A stretch of DNA of 64,000 bases from Trichodelitschia bisporula (lineage: Eukaryota). The stretch is from contig ML996689.1 in assembly GCA_010356995.1 (NCBI GenBank), positions 1,258,691 through 1,322,690 on the forward strand. The letters run 5' to 3'. A model generated the notes under the pieces. The model did no database searches, had not been told where the DNA came from, and worked only from the letters and a program-made list of their open reading frames with translations. Of the stretch, positions 1 to 13,585 are shown piece by piece (positions within the stretch are counted from its first letter, which is position 1; the number at the start of each line of letters is the position of its first letter). Made by a program: the position numbers and the translations under genes.

Positions 1-3000
1 CGGCGAAAGCGGCCACCGGACCGACACAATGGACTACGCCGAAGAACGATTTCCAGTTGGCACAGACGAGACTCGCCGTGGACGTCTATCATATCAACAT
101 CCGGACTGGAGACAGTGCAATTTACTACCTGGTGGAGTACCCAGATGAGGCTGTTTTTGCCAATTTTCCCAACGCTAAACCCTACATCCACCGAGCGGTA
201 CTGATCGATGGTGGCAAGGACACTGGGTCAAGCTACATCCGCACCTTTTTGTACAACCGAGTTCTTCGCATGTATGATTTCGATGACACGCACGGAGGAA
301 TCAGGACTAAGGCCGCCTTCCCTCCGTTCGATGCTATTCTCATCACGCATTGGGACTCTGATCACTATGCCGGAGTGCTGGCCCTTATTGTCGACGACTT
401 GATCCTCCGGAACCAAACAGGACTCGTTAACCTGAACACCTATCTTTCGCCGTACCTCAAGTACGCCCCAGCAACCTCATCCGCGAACCTGCGCGATGAA
501 CGCGCGCTGACGTACCTTTACGTGCCCTACTGGGCCAGGACTACGATGCTTGACTCCACAAACACTCCCCGGCAGCCGAAATTCCCTTGGACGCAGTGCA
601 AACCGAATGGCATGGTCTGGACCAACCCAGATAAGGTTCAGACCTTAGCCAACGGACAAGAGGCCTTTCTTGACTGGAACTCGCGCCTTGAGCCCCTGGG
701 CAATCCAAAAAATCCCGATGAGTGGGCCACGAAGCTGTGCCGAATGAGATCCGGGAATGGATTTCTTCTCGGCACAAACTTGTTCACCAACCACCCGATC
801 GGATATACGTCGGCCATGACCATGATGACGAACCCAGGATTGCTTGCACAGGCCCATCAGCTGTGGATGCTAAATAGCGCTTCCGCACCTCCCAAATTTG
901 AAATGCCGGTGCTCTGTATCGTTGCTGCCAATTTCGAATGCTGTGGTCAGGGCGCGAGCCTGAACCTCGAGGCTGCTAAGCTCGCTTTGCAGAACTTATA
1001 TGCCCCGGACTTCACCGGGAAGGTGCGGACGGTTGACGCCGCTTTCGACGTTGAGCAAAACCCGGAGAGGCTGAGTGAATGCGAGCCCGAGGTTCTAGAA
1101 TACATGCAAGCTGTACTCAAAGCGCGAGACGACGCCGCCAAAAAAAGAGTGGTTCCTCCCTTGCCGGATGACGGTTCCAACGGTGGCTCCAACGGTGGCT
1201 CCGACGATATGACGCTTGATGATGGGTCTGGAGACTCGGGAGGGACCAAACTCAAGGACTCGAAACAGTCTCTTGCGGCCCACTTGTCCGGTGGCAGCGC
1301 AGAACTCCAAAATCTGAAGGCCGTTGTCGCTGAATCTCCGTCGGGTTCGGGGGGGACTACCCCACAGAGCAGCACTAATCCTCGGAGCGGCACCATCTCC
1401 CTCAGTGACTCCAGTACAAGCCCGCCCCAGTTTAGTAAAAAATCTCTGAACCCCAGAAGTGTCAAAATCGTCGATATTGCGCCGTATCTTTCTGAGAAGT
1501 CGGAGCTTGCCAACGCGATCAGCGTCCAGTCTATGGTGATATGGACCGACGGACAAATCTCACAATATACGGCCGGGGATGCAGACTGGGATAGCGAGAT
1601 GAAGGTTGTTGCTTGGGTTTATGCCGGCAAGAATAAGTACCAAACAGCTCGTTCCATCAAACTTTCCCATCATGGTTCCCGAAGCTCAACTCCGGTGGAG
1701 ATGATCCGGCATTTTCGCCCGAGAAACATTGTCATTAGTTGTGCAACGACCCAATTTGGACATCCGAGTATGTGTTTCCTTTCTCCCGAACCTGAGTCTA
1801 ATCAGTTTCAGGACCTGAAGTTCTTCTTTGGCTTAACCTGTGGCATCAGACTACCAAGCTATATCGCTACGTGCCAGACAATGGGAACAGACGCAAAGAA
1901 ACAGGCATTCTGTCAACAACGGCCTATCCATACTACCTGGCCTACCAGAACGTCGGTGGTGTTAGTCCTTGGGCAGAAGTTGTGAGAGCCAGCGAAGGAT
2001 TAGCCAAAGTCGCAGCGGGTACCGGCCGTAGCGGGAACATGAAATTGGATGCATTGGTACTTGGTGGGGGAGAAAACGATGACCAAAAGAAGGCATTCGT
2101 GAAGTATCAGATGTCCATGCTTAGGATGATGATAGATCTCGGCGCCAAGTACAATTATCTGATGGGCTTCGCGGCCGCTGGCGATCCAAAGGGGCTCGAT
2201 GCTCTGACATACGTCCTGACCCAGGTTGCGGAGGCCTGGCCGAATATGTCTCAAGCTGTCTCGGCAACCAACCCGAACGGTAAGTGGACCCAACATATTA
2301 TGACTTAGCTCATGGCCATAGACGTCGCATTGGTGGCACAGAACGTTGGGTACTCGGCGGTCAGGTCTGATCAGAAGATCGAGTTTGTCAAAGTGTTTTG
2401 CCGGCCGAGGGACCGTAACGGCTTCCCTCCTCGATTCGCCAACATCGATGGGTACTCTTTGGATGTATCCCGTACAATCACAACGGCCGCTATTGATACC
2501 AGCGGTAGCGCTGGAGGCCGATTCTATGAGCGATATATGGTACCAGGGCCGAAGAAGCAAAAGAAAACGAAGCTGAAAGGTGTGGCCTTAAATCCCCCTC
2601 CATCCGTAATTGGAGTCTCGAGCTCTCCCGCCAACTTGACGGGGCCTGGACCGCCTCTCAATGCCTCGTTTCATCCGTACCTTCGCCCTGCCAATGCGGC
2701 TCGAGCTCATATGCCTATTGGCATGCCCTATTCTCCGGCCCCTATGGCGGCCATCGTGCTTCGCGATACCTCTTCCTCCTCGTTCTCCGTTCCTTTTAGC
2801 GCGAGCCCCTTTCCATCTTCTGTGCAATCTTTGGGCTCATTTCCTTCATTCCCTTTCACCAATCCACCCGTCTTCAACTTTTCATCCACTAGCTTCAACC
2901 CAAGCAACACTGGAGGAGGTTTTCCGAATCTCAAGAGGACTGTACCAAGCGGAAATCTGGACCTCAAAGCGCTCGCCGCGAAGGCCGATATTTTAAGTGG

Positions 3001-6000
3001 TACAGATGGTGGCGCGGAGAAGGGACCGCCACCACCCGAAAAGGCCGATGCTGAACCGGTCAAGCTCACCGGTCCGATCGATCTCATCCCCGCATCCTTC
3101 GCAAAGGTTTGGGAAAAGTCCGGAAGGACGAACACGACACAACTGATTCCAGATAACGACTATGGCATGGTCATCAAGTGTTTTGAGGATCCGCTTTTCA
3201 CCATTGACAGCAGCGGCCTACTTGACGCCGATGATACCGTTGGCCTTTGGTTGTTACGGGCACTTGGCAGAAACGGCGACAAGGAGACGGCCACGATCAA
3301 TCTAAGTCTCTCGCCTCTGACTGGAACGACGAATACAAGCGTGATCACAGCAATCAAGATCACGCTGCCGTCTGCTGATACCTTTCCCCAGCTGGTATTC
3401 TCCACAGCTGAATCGAGCCTACGGGGCAACTTTTCTGGCCCCGACGACCCGGAAGTCCTTCCGGCGAATGGTATCTTTCCATTCCACCTCTTTGTCGGAT
3501 TCGGCCTTGATAAGGCCGCTTCAAGCTCTGATCAATGGACAATCGCCCAAATTCTTCAGTACAACAAATTGATTAGCGACTCGGCCGGGGCGGTGTTCCA
3601 GGCCCTGGCGGTCGAGTTTGGCGAGACAGGTGAATTCGATCTCAAAAAAGGTATGCTCTGGTATATTCCGCTCGAATCAAACCGCGTCGTTCAGCGCATG
3701 GAATGGCATTTGTCCGATGCTCTCCAAACCAAGGTCTCCGACTTTTTGAACAAATGGCTCGGAAAGACTTTGTCCCTATCCAACGTTAGTGTCGTCAGTC
3801 GAAAGTCTAGCCGGATGGTTCCTTCCGCTGAGGGCTACGACTTGAGCGGAGAAACTGAGCTGATTCTGTCCTTTGATCTCACCATCGGCCAAGTCAAGAA
3901 GATGGTGACAGTCGACTTGGATTTCAATCTGAAAACCGGCGGGAATACTATCACTTTGACCCTGAAGTTCGATTCAAAGGACGACTCCAAGGACGATACG
4001 AAAGAAAAGTCAAAGGACGGCGACTCCAAGGACGATGATTCAAAGGATGACGAATCGGGTTCGAGCGGCGCAACTCTCGGAGATGTCATCAAGTGGCTGG
4101 AGACTCTGCTTCAAGTTTCGCTCAGCGAGGTGACTGATCTGTTCCCAAAGATTGATGCAGCTGGAGTAAAGCGAGTTGAGCTACAGTGCAGCAAAGGGAG
4201 CATCGATCGCTTCTCCGTGGATCTGGAGGTTGTGCCTGGCTGGAAGGATCAGGCAGAAGGAGGAAAGGACATCATTTTCCTGGTACAATCTCTACCAGAG
4301 AAGGAGATCCATGCTAATTCCATAGTTCTCCTATTCCTGGACAAAAGATGTGCCTTACCCGCACAGCTTGCACGGTTCAGTTTGGTTTGATGTTCCGGAG
4401 CTGGCCTGGCTCGCGCCTCAGATCATGCCGGACTACGAAGAATCCCGCGTGATTCAGCCTTCCCATCCGGCTGTCAGCAAAATTAATCTTCAATCGATCA
4501 TGCCGAGCAAAGATTTCGTAAGCTCTTTTCCTTCCTCGTTTCTCAGACCTAATGAGATCAGGCTTTCCCGTCGGAGCTTGATTTGGCTATCTCGAATTTT
4601 GAGGTGGCCGTTGACGGCCCTACGGTTTCTCTGACGGGAACGTTAACCGCGAGTGCAAAACCAGGCAGTCATCTGGGCATCGAGCTTGTTGAGGTTACGC
4701 TCTCCGCGTCATACACGTGGAAGACGGCCTCCGCTGATGGAAAGAAGGAACCTGACCAGAGCAGCTACACGATTAAGCTCGAGACTGAAATCGATTTGGA
4801 CCCTGTACCCGGGGCGATCGTTGCTGGTGATCCGGAGCTTGACTCTGAGAATCTCGCTGTCATCAGAGCGAGTGTATCGCTGGTCTCAGTTGGAACGGAC
4901 AAATTTTTCAAGCTCTTCGGTTCTATCGATAACCTGCAAATGGCACAGCTTGGCCGTTTCTTCCCAGCGGACGACTTCCCGATTGTCAATGATATCCTTG
5001 GTCACCTGGCCATTCGCAACTTGGCCATCGAATATGACTACAGCTCCAAGGGCGGCACGGCAAATCAGTTCTACATCAACGCTGCCATCATAATCGATGT
5101 TCTGGAGCTCGATTTCACATTCTTCCGTAATACGGAGCACTGGGCCTTTCACGCTGAACTTACTGTCGCTGAAGGAGTGAAGGCTACCGTAGAGCGCATC
5201 TTGAAAGCCATGCTTGGCTCTGACGGAAGCAATATAGTCGACTCTATGCCCGCTTTTGTGACAGGGATTGACCTCAGCAAAGGAAAGGCCGGGATCAGGC
5301 TTACAATCGACTCGGTCAAGCCTTCAGAGCCAGCAAAGAAGGCAGCAGCTTCAGATGAAAAGAAAGGAAACAGCTCAATTGTCTTCGCCCTTACGCTCTA
5401 TCTTCCCGCTCCTGGAGGCACTCAGTTCGAAGTCACATTCGTCCAGATCATCGAAAAGGATCCCAATGCTGCCAAAGCCACCACTGACAAAGGTGCTAAT
5501 CGATCCCGAACGAAGAGAATAGTTAAGGTCACATTGAATGATCTTCCATGGGCTCTGGTTCCCCGTCCGCCAATTGTGGACCAGATGGTGCCTGCCTTTG
5601 ACCAACTTGGATTTTACTGGATCCAGGATCCGACCGGGAAGCCCGACGCTGCTGGGAGCACGGGAATCACACTCGAGGAGATCGGAAAAATCAATACCGC
5701 CATCCCCTTTCCCATCCAGTTCAAAGAATCTGCGGCTAACGCGGTTCCACAGACTGTGGTCTTGACAGCAGGATGGCATTTCATGGTCATGGATGGCGGC
5801 GGGCATGGCGAAGCCAAGGTCCTGCTTGACTATGCTCTCAACAAGCCCGGTACTGATCCCAATGATATCGTCGATGATTCCAAGGACTCCTCGGATACCA
5901 CAAAAACCCCAGACTCCGGAGTGCCGGCGAAAACGGAGGATGGACAGGGCACGTCTAAGGGCGCAGTTGAGAAAACAGTCGGTACATTCAAAATCTCCAA

Positions 6001-8539
6001 CGTTGGCATCCGATTCGAGAACGGGGAGTTGATCCTCTTCCTCGACGTTATCGCCCACCTTGGGCCGATAGAGTTCGCCCTCATTGGTCTGGGATTCGGG
6101 ATGAAGCTTAGCGAGCTGAAGCTCAATGAGATAGGGAAGCATGTGCCAAGTTTCCATCTCCAAGGCATGGCCATTGAGTTCAACCAGCCCCCGGTCGGGA
6201 TTGCGGGCATGTTTGTGGACAAGTCCAACGACGACATGAAGATGTACATTGGTGGCATCGCCTTGACGGTCCTGCCATACCAGTTCATGGCCATCGGCGC
6301 ATATGGAGAGGTCAAGAAGAACCTCAAGGACAAGGACTCGTTCGCAGAGGCCCTCAAAAAGGGCAACACCTTCAAGACTGTCTTCATATTTGCCAAACTG
6401 AATGGCCCGCTGATAGAGCTTGAGATTGCAACTCTCGGTGGTATCACCCTCGGCTTCGGCTACAACTCGACGGTTGTGCATCCTCGCATCGAGGACGTCA
6501 CTTCGTTCCCTTTCATCTCCAACTCATCGGATCTCTCTGGGAGTGGTGACCCTCTGGCTGTGATGATGAAGCTGGCCGACCCCGTCGGTGGGATCGTGCG
6601 TCCGCAAGAAAACTCCTACTGGCTGGCTGCTGGACTTGAAGGCAAAGCTCTCCAGATACTGGACATAAGTGCCGTGGTCATCATCGAATTCAATCCTTAT
6701 GTCAGCCTTGGGCTGTACGCCCGAGCGTCGGCATCCATGCCACCAGAAACGCCGCGCCAGGCCTGCTTTACGTATGTAGAGATGGGGATCATGGCGTACT
6801 GCGACTTCCACCAAGGCCAACTTCGCATCGAGGCGCAACTCAGTCCGAACTCGTTCTTGATGAGCCCTCTCTGTCACCTATCCGGGGGCTTTGCACTGTG
6901 CTACTGGTTCGGAAACTCGCCGTATGCCGGCGACTTCGTCTTCAGCATGGGTGGTTATCATCCCGCCTTCAAGCCCCCGACTCATTACCCTGTTCCGCCG
7001 CGATTGGCCATTACATGGCAGTTGAGCAAACTACTGAGCATCCGCGGCGAGGCATACTTCGCCATCACGACGAAGGTGTGCATGGGCGGCGGCATGCTGA
7101 ACGCCGTTTTCAACATGGGGCTTCTCCATGCATATCTGACCGCGCACGCGGACTTCCTGATGCAGTTCCACCCCTTCTTCTTCACAGCCGACATTGGCGT
7201 ACGAATCGGCGTCGAATTCGAGCTCGAGCTTCTCTTCATCACAATCCACATCAGTGTCCATCTCAGCGCAGAGCTACACCTCCAAGGGCCTCCCTTCGGC
7301 GGACAGGTTTACGTCGACTTCTACGTCTTCGGCTTCACCGTGCCCTTCGGGCATCAAGTCGGCGCACCACCGGCCAAGACCGTCGACGAGTTCTACACCC
7401 TGCTGACGAACATCCCGGACGCAGATTCGAGTGGAAGCAACGAGCCCAGCGCCGCTAACCCGAATATCGACAAGCTGCACGTGCTGTCCGTCGAGCAGGG
7501 CCGGTTTACTGAGAAGCAGAAGGATGCCGAGTCGGCGCACACGGCGATGTGGGAGGTCAAGCGCGGCGGCTTCGTGTTCCGCGTGCAGTCGCGCATTCCA
7601 CTGCAGAGCGTCCGCGAGCCCGCTTTCGCCACTGACCCGAGCGCGGAGGTCCTCGGCCCTGCGCCGTTTTTTGCGAAGCCGATGCAGTTGACGGAGCAGC
7701 TGATTTCGACGATGAAGGTGTATGTGCGGAAGGAAGTGGCGCCCTCGGTCCCAGCGACCGGGAACGTGGCGACTGAGGAAGTGGCGACCGGGGATGCGGC
7801 GACGGAAGGCAATCCCAACGAGGCAGCGACTGTCTTTGAGGACCTGGACTTCAGAATCTCAGCCAAGGTCCTCAAAGCCGTGCCATCTTCCCTCTGGGGT
7901 TTTTGTAAGTCTTCGCATGCTCATCACAGCCAATGACTAACCACCCTAGATGACCCCAACGAGTCCCCCGGCACGGGAAACAACAACATCACCTCCCTCC
8001 TCACCCCAGACGACAAAGGCACCATGACGCTCATGATGGGCGCATCGTTCACTGCTCCACCGCCATCTATATCCCCCGACCTCCTCCAGCCCTTCAACGC
8101 CCTCGACATGTCAGCCCTGGACGTCTTCGCGGATGATGAGGTCGAGCCATCGCTTCCGAGCAAAGTCACCCTCGCATCAACCTCGTTCGCCCCCGCCGAG
8201 CCCGCCGCTCTCACGCTCACTTCCCCGGCAAACATGCACTGGACCACAGCACTCGCAGCCTGGAAAGCCCCTACGCTAACCAGTGGTGATCGCCCGCCGA
8301 AGCCCCCGCCGGCACCGGGTACGGGGCCCACCCTCCCGGTCGTCGAGAAACAGATCGAGCAGCAGGTAGTGCGGGATGCGATTGAGACGTGGACTTGGGC
8401 GTTTGGGTGGGATAATGGCGGGGTGGATGGGACGGGGAACTTTTTGCGGAATGAAGTTACGAGTGAGGGTGGCGCGGAGCCGTTGGTTTGGGGCGGTTTT
8501 GAGAAATTGTATATGGCTGCGCCGATGGTTAGTGTGTGA
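1..8539 (+). CDS. Giant protein (>2,770 aa, N-terminus outside window): ComEC/Rec2-like metallo-beta-lactamase domain plus long beta-rich region ending in a DUF6603-like domain; 6 exons visible
   Basis: Frame is open from base 3. Five GT-AG introns (1768-1811, 2280-2321, 4283-4325, 4518-4561, 7905-7949; 42-45 nt, each with a branch-like site) join six ORF-track fragments in frame. MBL motifs: HINIRTGDSAI, VLIDGG, ITHWDSDHYAG, AGDA, KLSHHGS, and GHP|RPEVL across intron 1. The C-terminal part (FVFSMGGYHPAF, GEAYFAIT..CMGGG, ..LYMAAP) resembles DUF6603 proteins as I remember them. Confidence 0.85.
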
Positions 8540-8938
8540 GGGTACTACGGTACGTACGGTAGTAGGGATGTCGTGGGTTAGGGGTCGAATGGTGGCAAAA
8601 TTGTATAGGGCTGAGGCTGGGGTGGCGGAGGTCAGCTAGGGAGTGTGCGTCTTTGGGACTCTTACGACAAGCGAACCGCTGGACAACCATAGTCTTTATG
8701 AAAACCACGTAGTTTCTCGCTTGCCATAAAATGCCCACCTCCGATCCTCATCTCAAACCTGAACACCTATAACTCTTCTCAACTGCAGACCTCAAACCAT
8801 CAAAAAGACGTCATCACCACATAAAGTCCTCTAATTCACTCGACTTGACCCGACCTTAACCTTGAGCTCAGGGGACACTACGACGCCCCGCCCCCGACTA
8901 GTCCGGCCGTAGCCGGCCAGAAACTTGCCGCCTAGACG

Positions 8939-9450
8939 ATGAACGAGAGTGAACAAGCACCTCTCTTAGCAGGTATGTGAGGCCTACAATACACTTCAGA
9001 GCGCCTGGGCTAAACCCGCAGGGGCAAAAAATGCGCACCCAAACCTGAACGTCTCAACGGACACGTCCACCAGACACTTGTTAAATACCTTTTCGACGCC
9101 TCACGGAGGTGGCCCAGAGGCTGCCTTTCTGGATTTGGCGCAACTGTACAACAAACTCGCTGAGCTGGAATCCACTCTAGAGAAGCTACAAGCGCTTTAT
9201 ACTCGCCGGGACGATTCAGTCAAGAACGTCAGTTGCTCTTCGAGGGGATTTGCCGGTACCACTGGACGACGATCTCCTTGCCGAGCAAGCGTTGAGGGCA
9301 TCATCGGAGGCTATCCGCTGGGATATACATTTGTTGACTGAATCACTGGCCAGAAACCCCGATGCACCGGAAAGGTTTTCGGCACTGTCTAGTGCGCCCG
9401 TCGAGTGCGAGACAGAGCTGAAGAGGTACGCAGGATGGAAGACGGTCTAG
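8939..9450 (+). pseudogene. Small spliced hypothetical coiled-coil gene, possibly frameshifted
   Basis: ATG at 8939 and a canonical intron 8973-9021 (GTATGT..GCTAA..CAG) splice in frame to ORF 9078-9341 (LYNKLAELESTLEKLQAL). Protein-like sequence continues in another frame (9250-9450). Confidence 0.3.
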
Positions 9451-9903
9451 AGGAGAGAGGGGGCGAGGAGAGAGGGGAGAGCGAGAGGCCTGGCTATGTT
9501 AAAGCAGGGACACATCATATGGGGCATAGGCAAGCAGGAGCATATCACATGACCAGTGGAGGAGGGGACACTTTGTATTTACAGCAGAGCATACCTAGAC
9601 AACACCACAACACAACAATCTTAAGCATCACCCCTCATACCCACGTCTCAACAGGTTAAAGGGTCAGCTTGAACATGCGAGACTTGATACTGAGCTGGAT
9701 GTCCGACTAATGGCACCTGCTGCAATTAGATATCGCCGGCCAGTAAGTAGATTAGTCACGCACGTCAGTAATCCTCAAGACAAACACTTTTACCGTGCAA
9801 CGCTCGTAAATGCAAAAGCCCAAGAACTAAGCTAGCTGAACGCAGTATAATACAACAATGACCATGGACCTTCGTGCTCCTGTCAGCCTAGACCTCCCAC
9901 TAC

Positions 9904-12900
9904 TCACAAAACAATATACAGCTCATGCCGCTCCAACGCCTCCCCCTCCAGACTCGGATAATATGGAACCATAGAATCGGCGCTGTGTACATACGCATCG
10001 TTGTAGAGCCGCCAGTATGGCTGACGGACCTTACGTGCCGGGTGGAACAAGCCCGCCCACACATAGTTCATAACCACGCCCGTACCGACAGCCATACGGA
10101 TCGCCTCAATGGCCTCAACAATCCGCTCAATAACGTGCGGGCTCGTCTCGAACAGGTTCGGGTAGAGCAAGTTCAGAAGATGCACCATGGCATCCTCGCA
10201 GCCCAATCCAACAACGCCAAGAGCAATGTGCTTCACCACCGATGCCGCCGTCTGCCGATGCACTTGATCGCGATCAATGAGCGCATCCTCGAGTAGTGGT
10301 GTCACGGCGTAGACGTAGTCCTTGGCCATCTCGCCAATGTACTCGAAGAGGAAAGACAGCGACTTGAGCACACCGTTTTGGACATTGAGTTCGGGAACAC
10401 GGTACTCGTTCATCAGCGCGGGCAGCACCGTGAACGGTGCGCAAGTTTCGGCAACAATGCCGATGGCGACGGCCGTGCACACACGTGACTGACGTTCCTG
10501 CACGCGCAGGTTGTTCAGCAGCGTTGCCAGGACGTCCTGCGGGCCGATGGCTTTAGCGATGAAACCAAAGGTGTTGTTGGCTGCGCGTCGAATGCCCTTC
10601 TTGTGGGCCTTCAACATATCCAGCAACTCGAAGCAGATACGCATCCACTCGCGAGCGTTCACACTCTCGGGTCCACGATCGGCGATACGGCCGACGAGGT
10701 CAATTGTGTTCTCCTGCACTTTCTCGTGGCGATTGCGGAGGATGGGCGTCAGGCGCGGAAGCAAGTCTTTGATCGGAGGCTGCATCTGATTGATACCGAC
10801 GACGGTGACGATGGAGCGCAAGGCACCCAGAATCGAACCGAGCACTTCAGGATACTCCTCGCCGAGGTATTCGTAGAGGACTGTGCCGAGCTTGCCCATC
10901 AGCTGGTCCTCACCGCATTGCTTCATGACCAGGGCGATACGCGAGACCAAATCGGCGGCCTGCTGTCGCACTGTAGCGGACTTATTGTTCAAGCGCCACA
11001 GGATCGTGCTGACAATCTGGGGGAGATAGGGCTTGCAGCGCGTACCCATGGCGTTAACCACTGTGCCAAAGCCGTTAAGCATGATGATATCCTCGACGCT
11101 CTGTTCCTGGAAGGCGTGGAGGATGCCGTCGATGAGGCGCTCCTCGAGGCGCTCGTTGATGTCAGCAGCGCCCAGGCTTGCAACGATCTTCTCGATCGTC
11201 TCGACTGTCATCTTGCGGTAAGCCTCGCTCTCGTCCTTCAGGTTGTTGACGATCCGCTCGAGAATCTCGCCTGCGCCAACCTTCTGACCGATATCCACAG
11301 TGGTGTCGACGACCTGGCGGTAGTTGCGCTTGTCCAGAGCCATTCGCCGCACCCAGAAGCTCTTGAAGAATTCGGTGAGTACATTCTCCTTCAAGTACCC
11401 TGCCGTTACGCCATCGGTGCTCGCACACTGCGAGATGACCTTAAGCACAACCTTCTTCATCTCCTCATCCGGGGACTGGAACTCGCGGATGAGAATCTCC
11501 ATGATTTGGCTGGTGTAGTAGTTGGCATACTCCTCATCCATCAGAGGGATGATGTATCCGACGGCCTTGAGGAAACCGGCCAACCCCTTGCCACGCTGCT
11601 TGCGGGCACCCGTCCAGAGCGGATTGAGAATCTCATCAAAGCTTTCGATACCGTACGGGTTGGCAGCTTCGGCGAGCGCCGCGATCGCCAAACTGGTGAC
11701 AGTACGGACTTTAGCTTGTTCATCGTTTAGGTTCTCGCCAATGCACTCAACCAAGCCCTTCAGATGAGGCAGGATGGCGCAGCCCATCAGGATGGGAATC
11801 TGTTGCACAATCTTGACACCGGTGTGGCGGGCCTGCCAGGATTTCTTGCTTCGACAGACGGCGCGGAGGAAGGGCAGCAGAGCCGGAATGCCGAGGGCGG
11901 AGGCGACAACGGCGAAGGCGCGGGCCGTCGTGTTTCGCACGTACTCATCGACATGGTCAATGTCGGGCCGCATGGTACTGATCATGTGAGCGAGACCGGC
12001 TGCTTTGCTGAGATTGGAAATGATTTCTCGGCCTTCAACACGAGCATAGTAGTCTTGGTCGATGAGCAGAGGCTCGATGACTACAAGAATCTTGTGGACG
12101 TAAGGCCGAACGAGGTCATCCAGCTTGTAGAGGATGCGGTCAATGACCTTGACCAAAAGATGGCGCTCCTGATCCTCGAGCGTCTTTTCCATGAGCAGGG
12201 GCAAGATCTGGTCGAAGAGGGGACCAGCTCCGAATTGCCGGGCATTGTCAGTGAGCTGCCGAAGTGCAGTCTTACGCATCGGCGGAGTGCCGTTCTTCAC
12301 CTTGAGCAACAACCGTAGGATCTTGCGCTCCTTGAGTTCTTCGACGGTCATCTGGTTTTCATCAGCGCCATCGACGAGCTTTCCGAAGTACTGCATGTCC
12401 TCAGCCTTAAAGAACTGCAGATCGCCAACACCAGGAATCTCCGTGGGCAGCTGCTTGCCCATGATGTTAGGATTGACTGCTTCCTGTTGCATGAAGCCGC
12501 CGATGGCTGCAACCGGCGTAGCTGGTACGACCCGGCGTGCAGGCGCATTAAGAGGTTCGTAGCCAGCAGGGGGGACTAAGATCTTGTACCCCTCGGATGG
12601 AAGCATCTCGTCCAGCTCTTCGTCAGACAGAGGAGCATTGCGTGCAGAAATGTCGGTGCCAAAGGTGATGACCGGTGCCACGGGGGTGGCGCCTGGTGCA
12701 ATGGCAGGAGTCGCTGTCGAAAGTGCTGGTGCCTGGTCCCATCGCGAGCGGCGTTTGGGCGCGCCCTCAGCAGTCTCAGGCGCAGGCGTTGCGTCCCATC
12801 GCGAGCGCTTCGCTGCCGAATCCTCCGTTTTGGCTTCGGCAGCAGCCGGCTCCGTTGACACGTCCCAACGCTGCTTCCTCTTTCTGGTGGTGGTGGGTGC

Positions 12901-13585
12901 CGGTGCGGGTTCGGTTGTGCCGTTCTCCTTGATGTCAGCCTCGCCATTCTTAAGCGTCGGCTCATGTTCCATCACACCGTTTTCTTCCTCAGCCTCCTTG
13001 TCAGTGATGATCTTCTTGATGCGCTCCTCCTCCCTTTCGATCTCACGGAGCTTCATGACGTCGTTGTATGTCAGACCCTCTTGCTTGCCCTCGGCAAATG
13101 GGTCGGCGCGCGTCGGCGATAACTCGCGACGCTCGAACTTGCGCTTCTGATAGTCGGACTCGCGGGACGTGATCTGCGCCTGCTTCTCCCGACTCATTAG
13201 AATGTCGTCCTCTGCCGTCGCACCGTGAGCAAACTCATTCATCTGCTCCGTTGTGGCCGTGTACTGCCCCACCAGCCGCCGGCCCTCATCCGGGGCATCT
13301 TCCATATCCGCATCATCATCGTTTACGGCGATGGACGTGTTGTATCCGGCGAACTTGTCTACGGCGGTGCGGTCATACAGCTCGGTATCGAAGCTTTCCG
13401 TCAGGGACGCCTTGGTCGACGTGTCGGTCCTTTGGCTTGCGGGATCAAAAGTCTTCGAGCCTTTCTTCGCGGCGGCAGAAGCGTTGCGCTCCTGCTGGAG
13501 CCGCTTGATCGTGGCAAACTCGGCTGCAGAGAGGTCAGTAGGGCACCCTTATCTTCACTAGCTGGGCATACATACCGTCAGACAT
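9904..13585 (-). CDS. SF3B1: U2 snRNP splicing factor SF3B1 (Hsh155/Prp10)
   Basis: Start [17 protein letters not shown] with intron 13524-13575. ULM motifs RKQRWD and RSRWD; conserved HEAT region ([40 protein letters not shown]). Confidence 0.98.

Noticed and set aside
1768..7949. Frameshifts or stop codons suggesting the giant gene is a pseudogene or an operon
   Set aside because: Every break is explained by a canonical short intron that restores the frame.
5375..12562. Long antisense ORFs (e.g. 5375-6481, 10603-11730)
   Set aside because: Shadow frames of GC-rich coding genes on the opposite strand, with no recognisable motifs.
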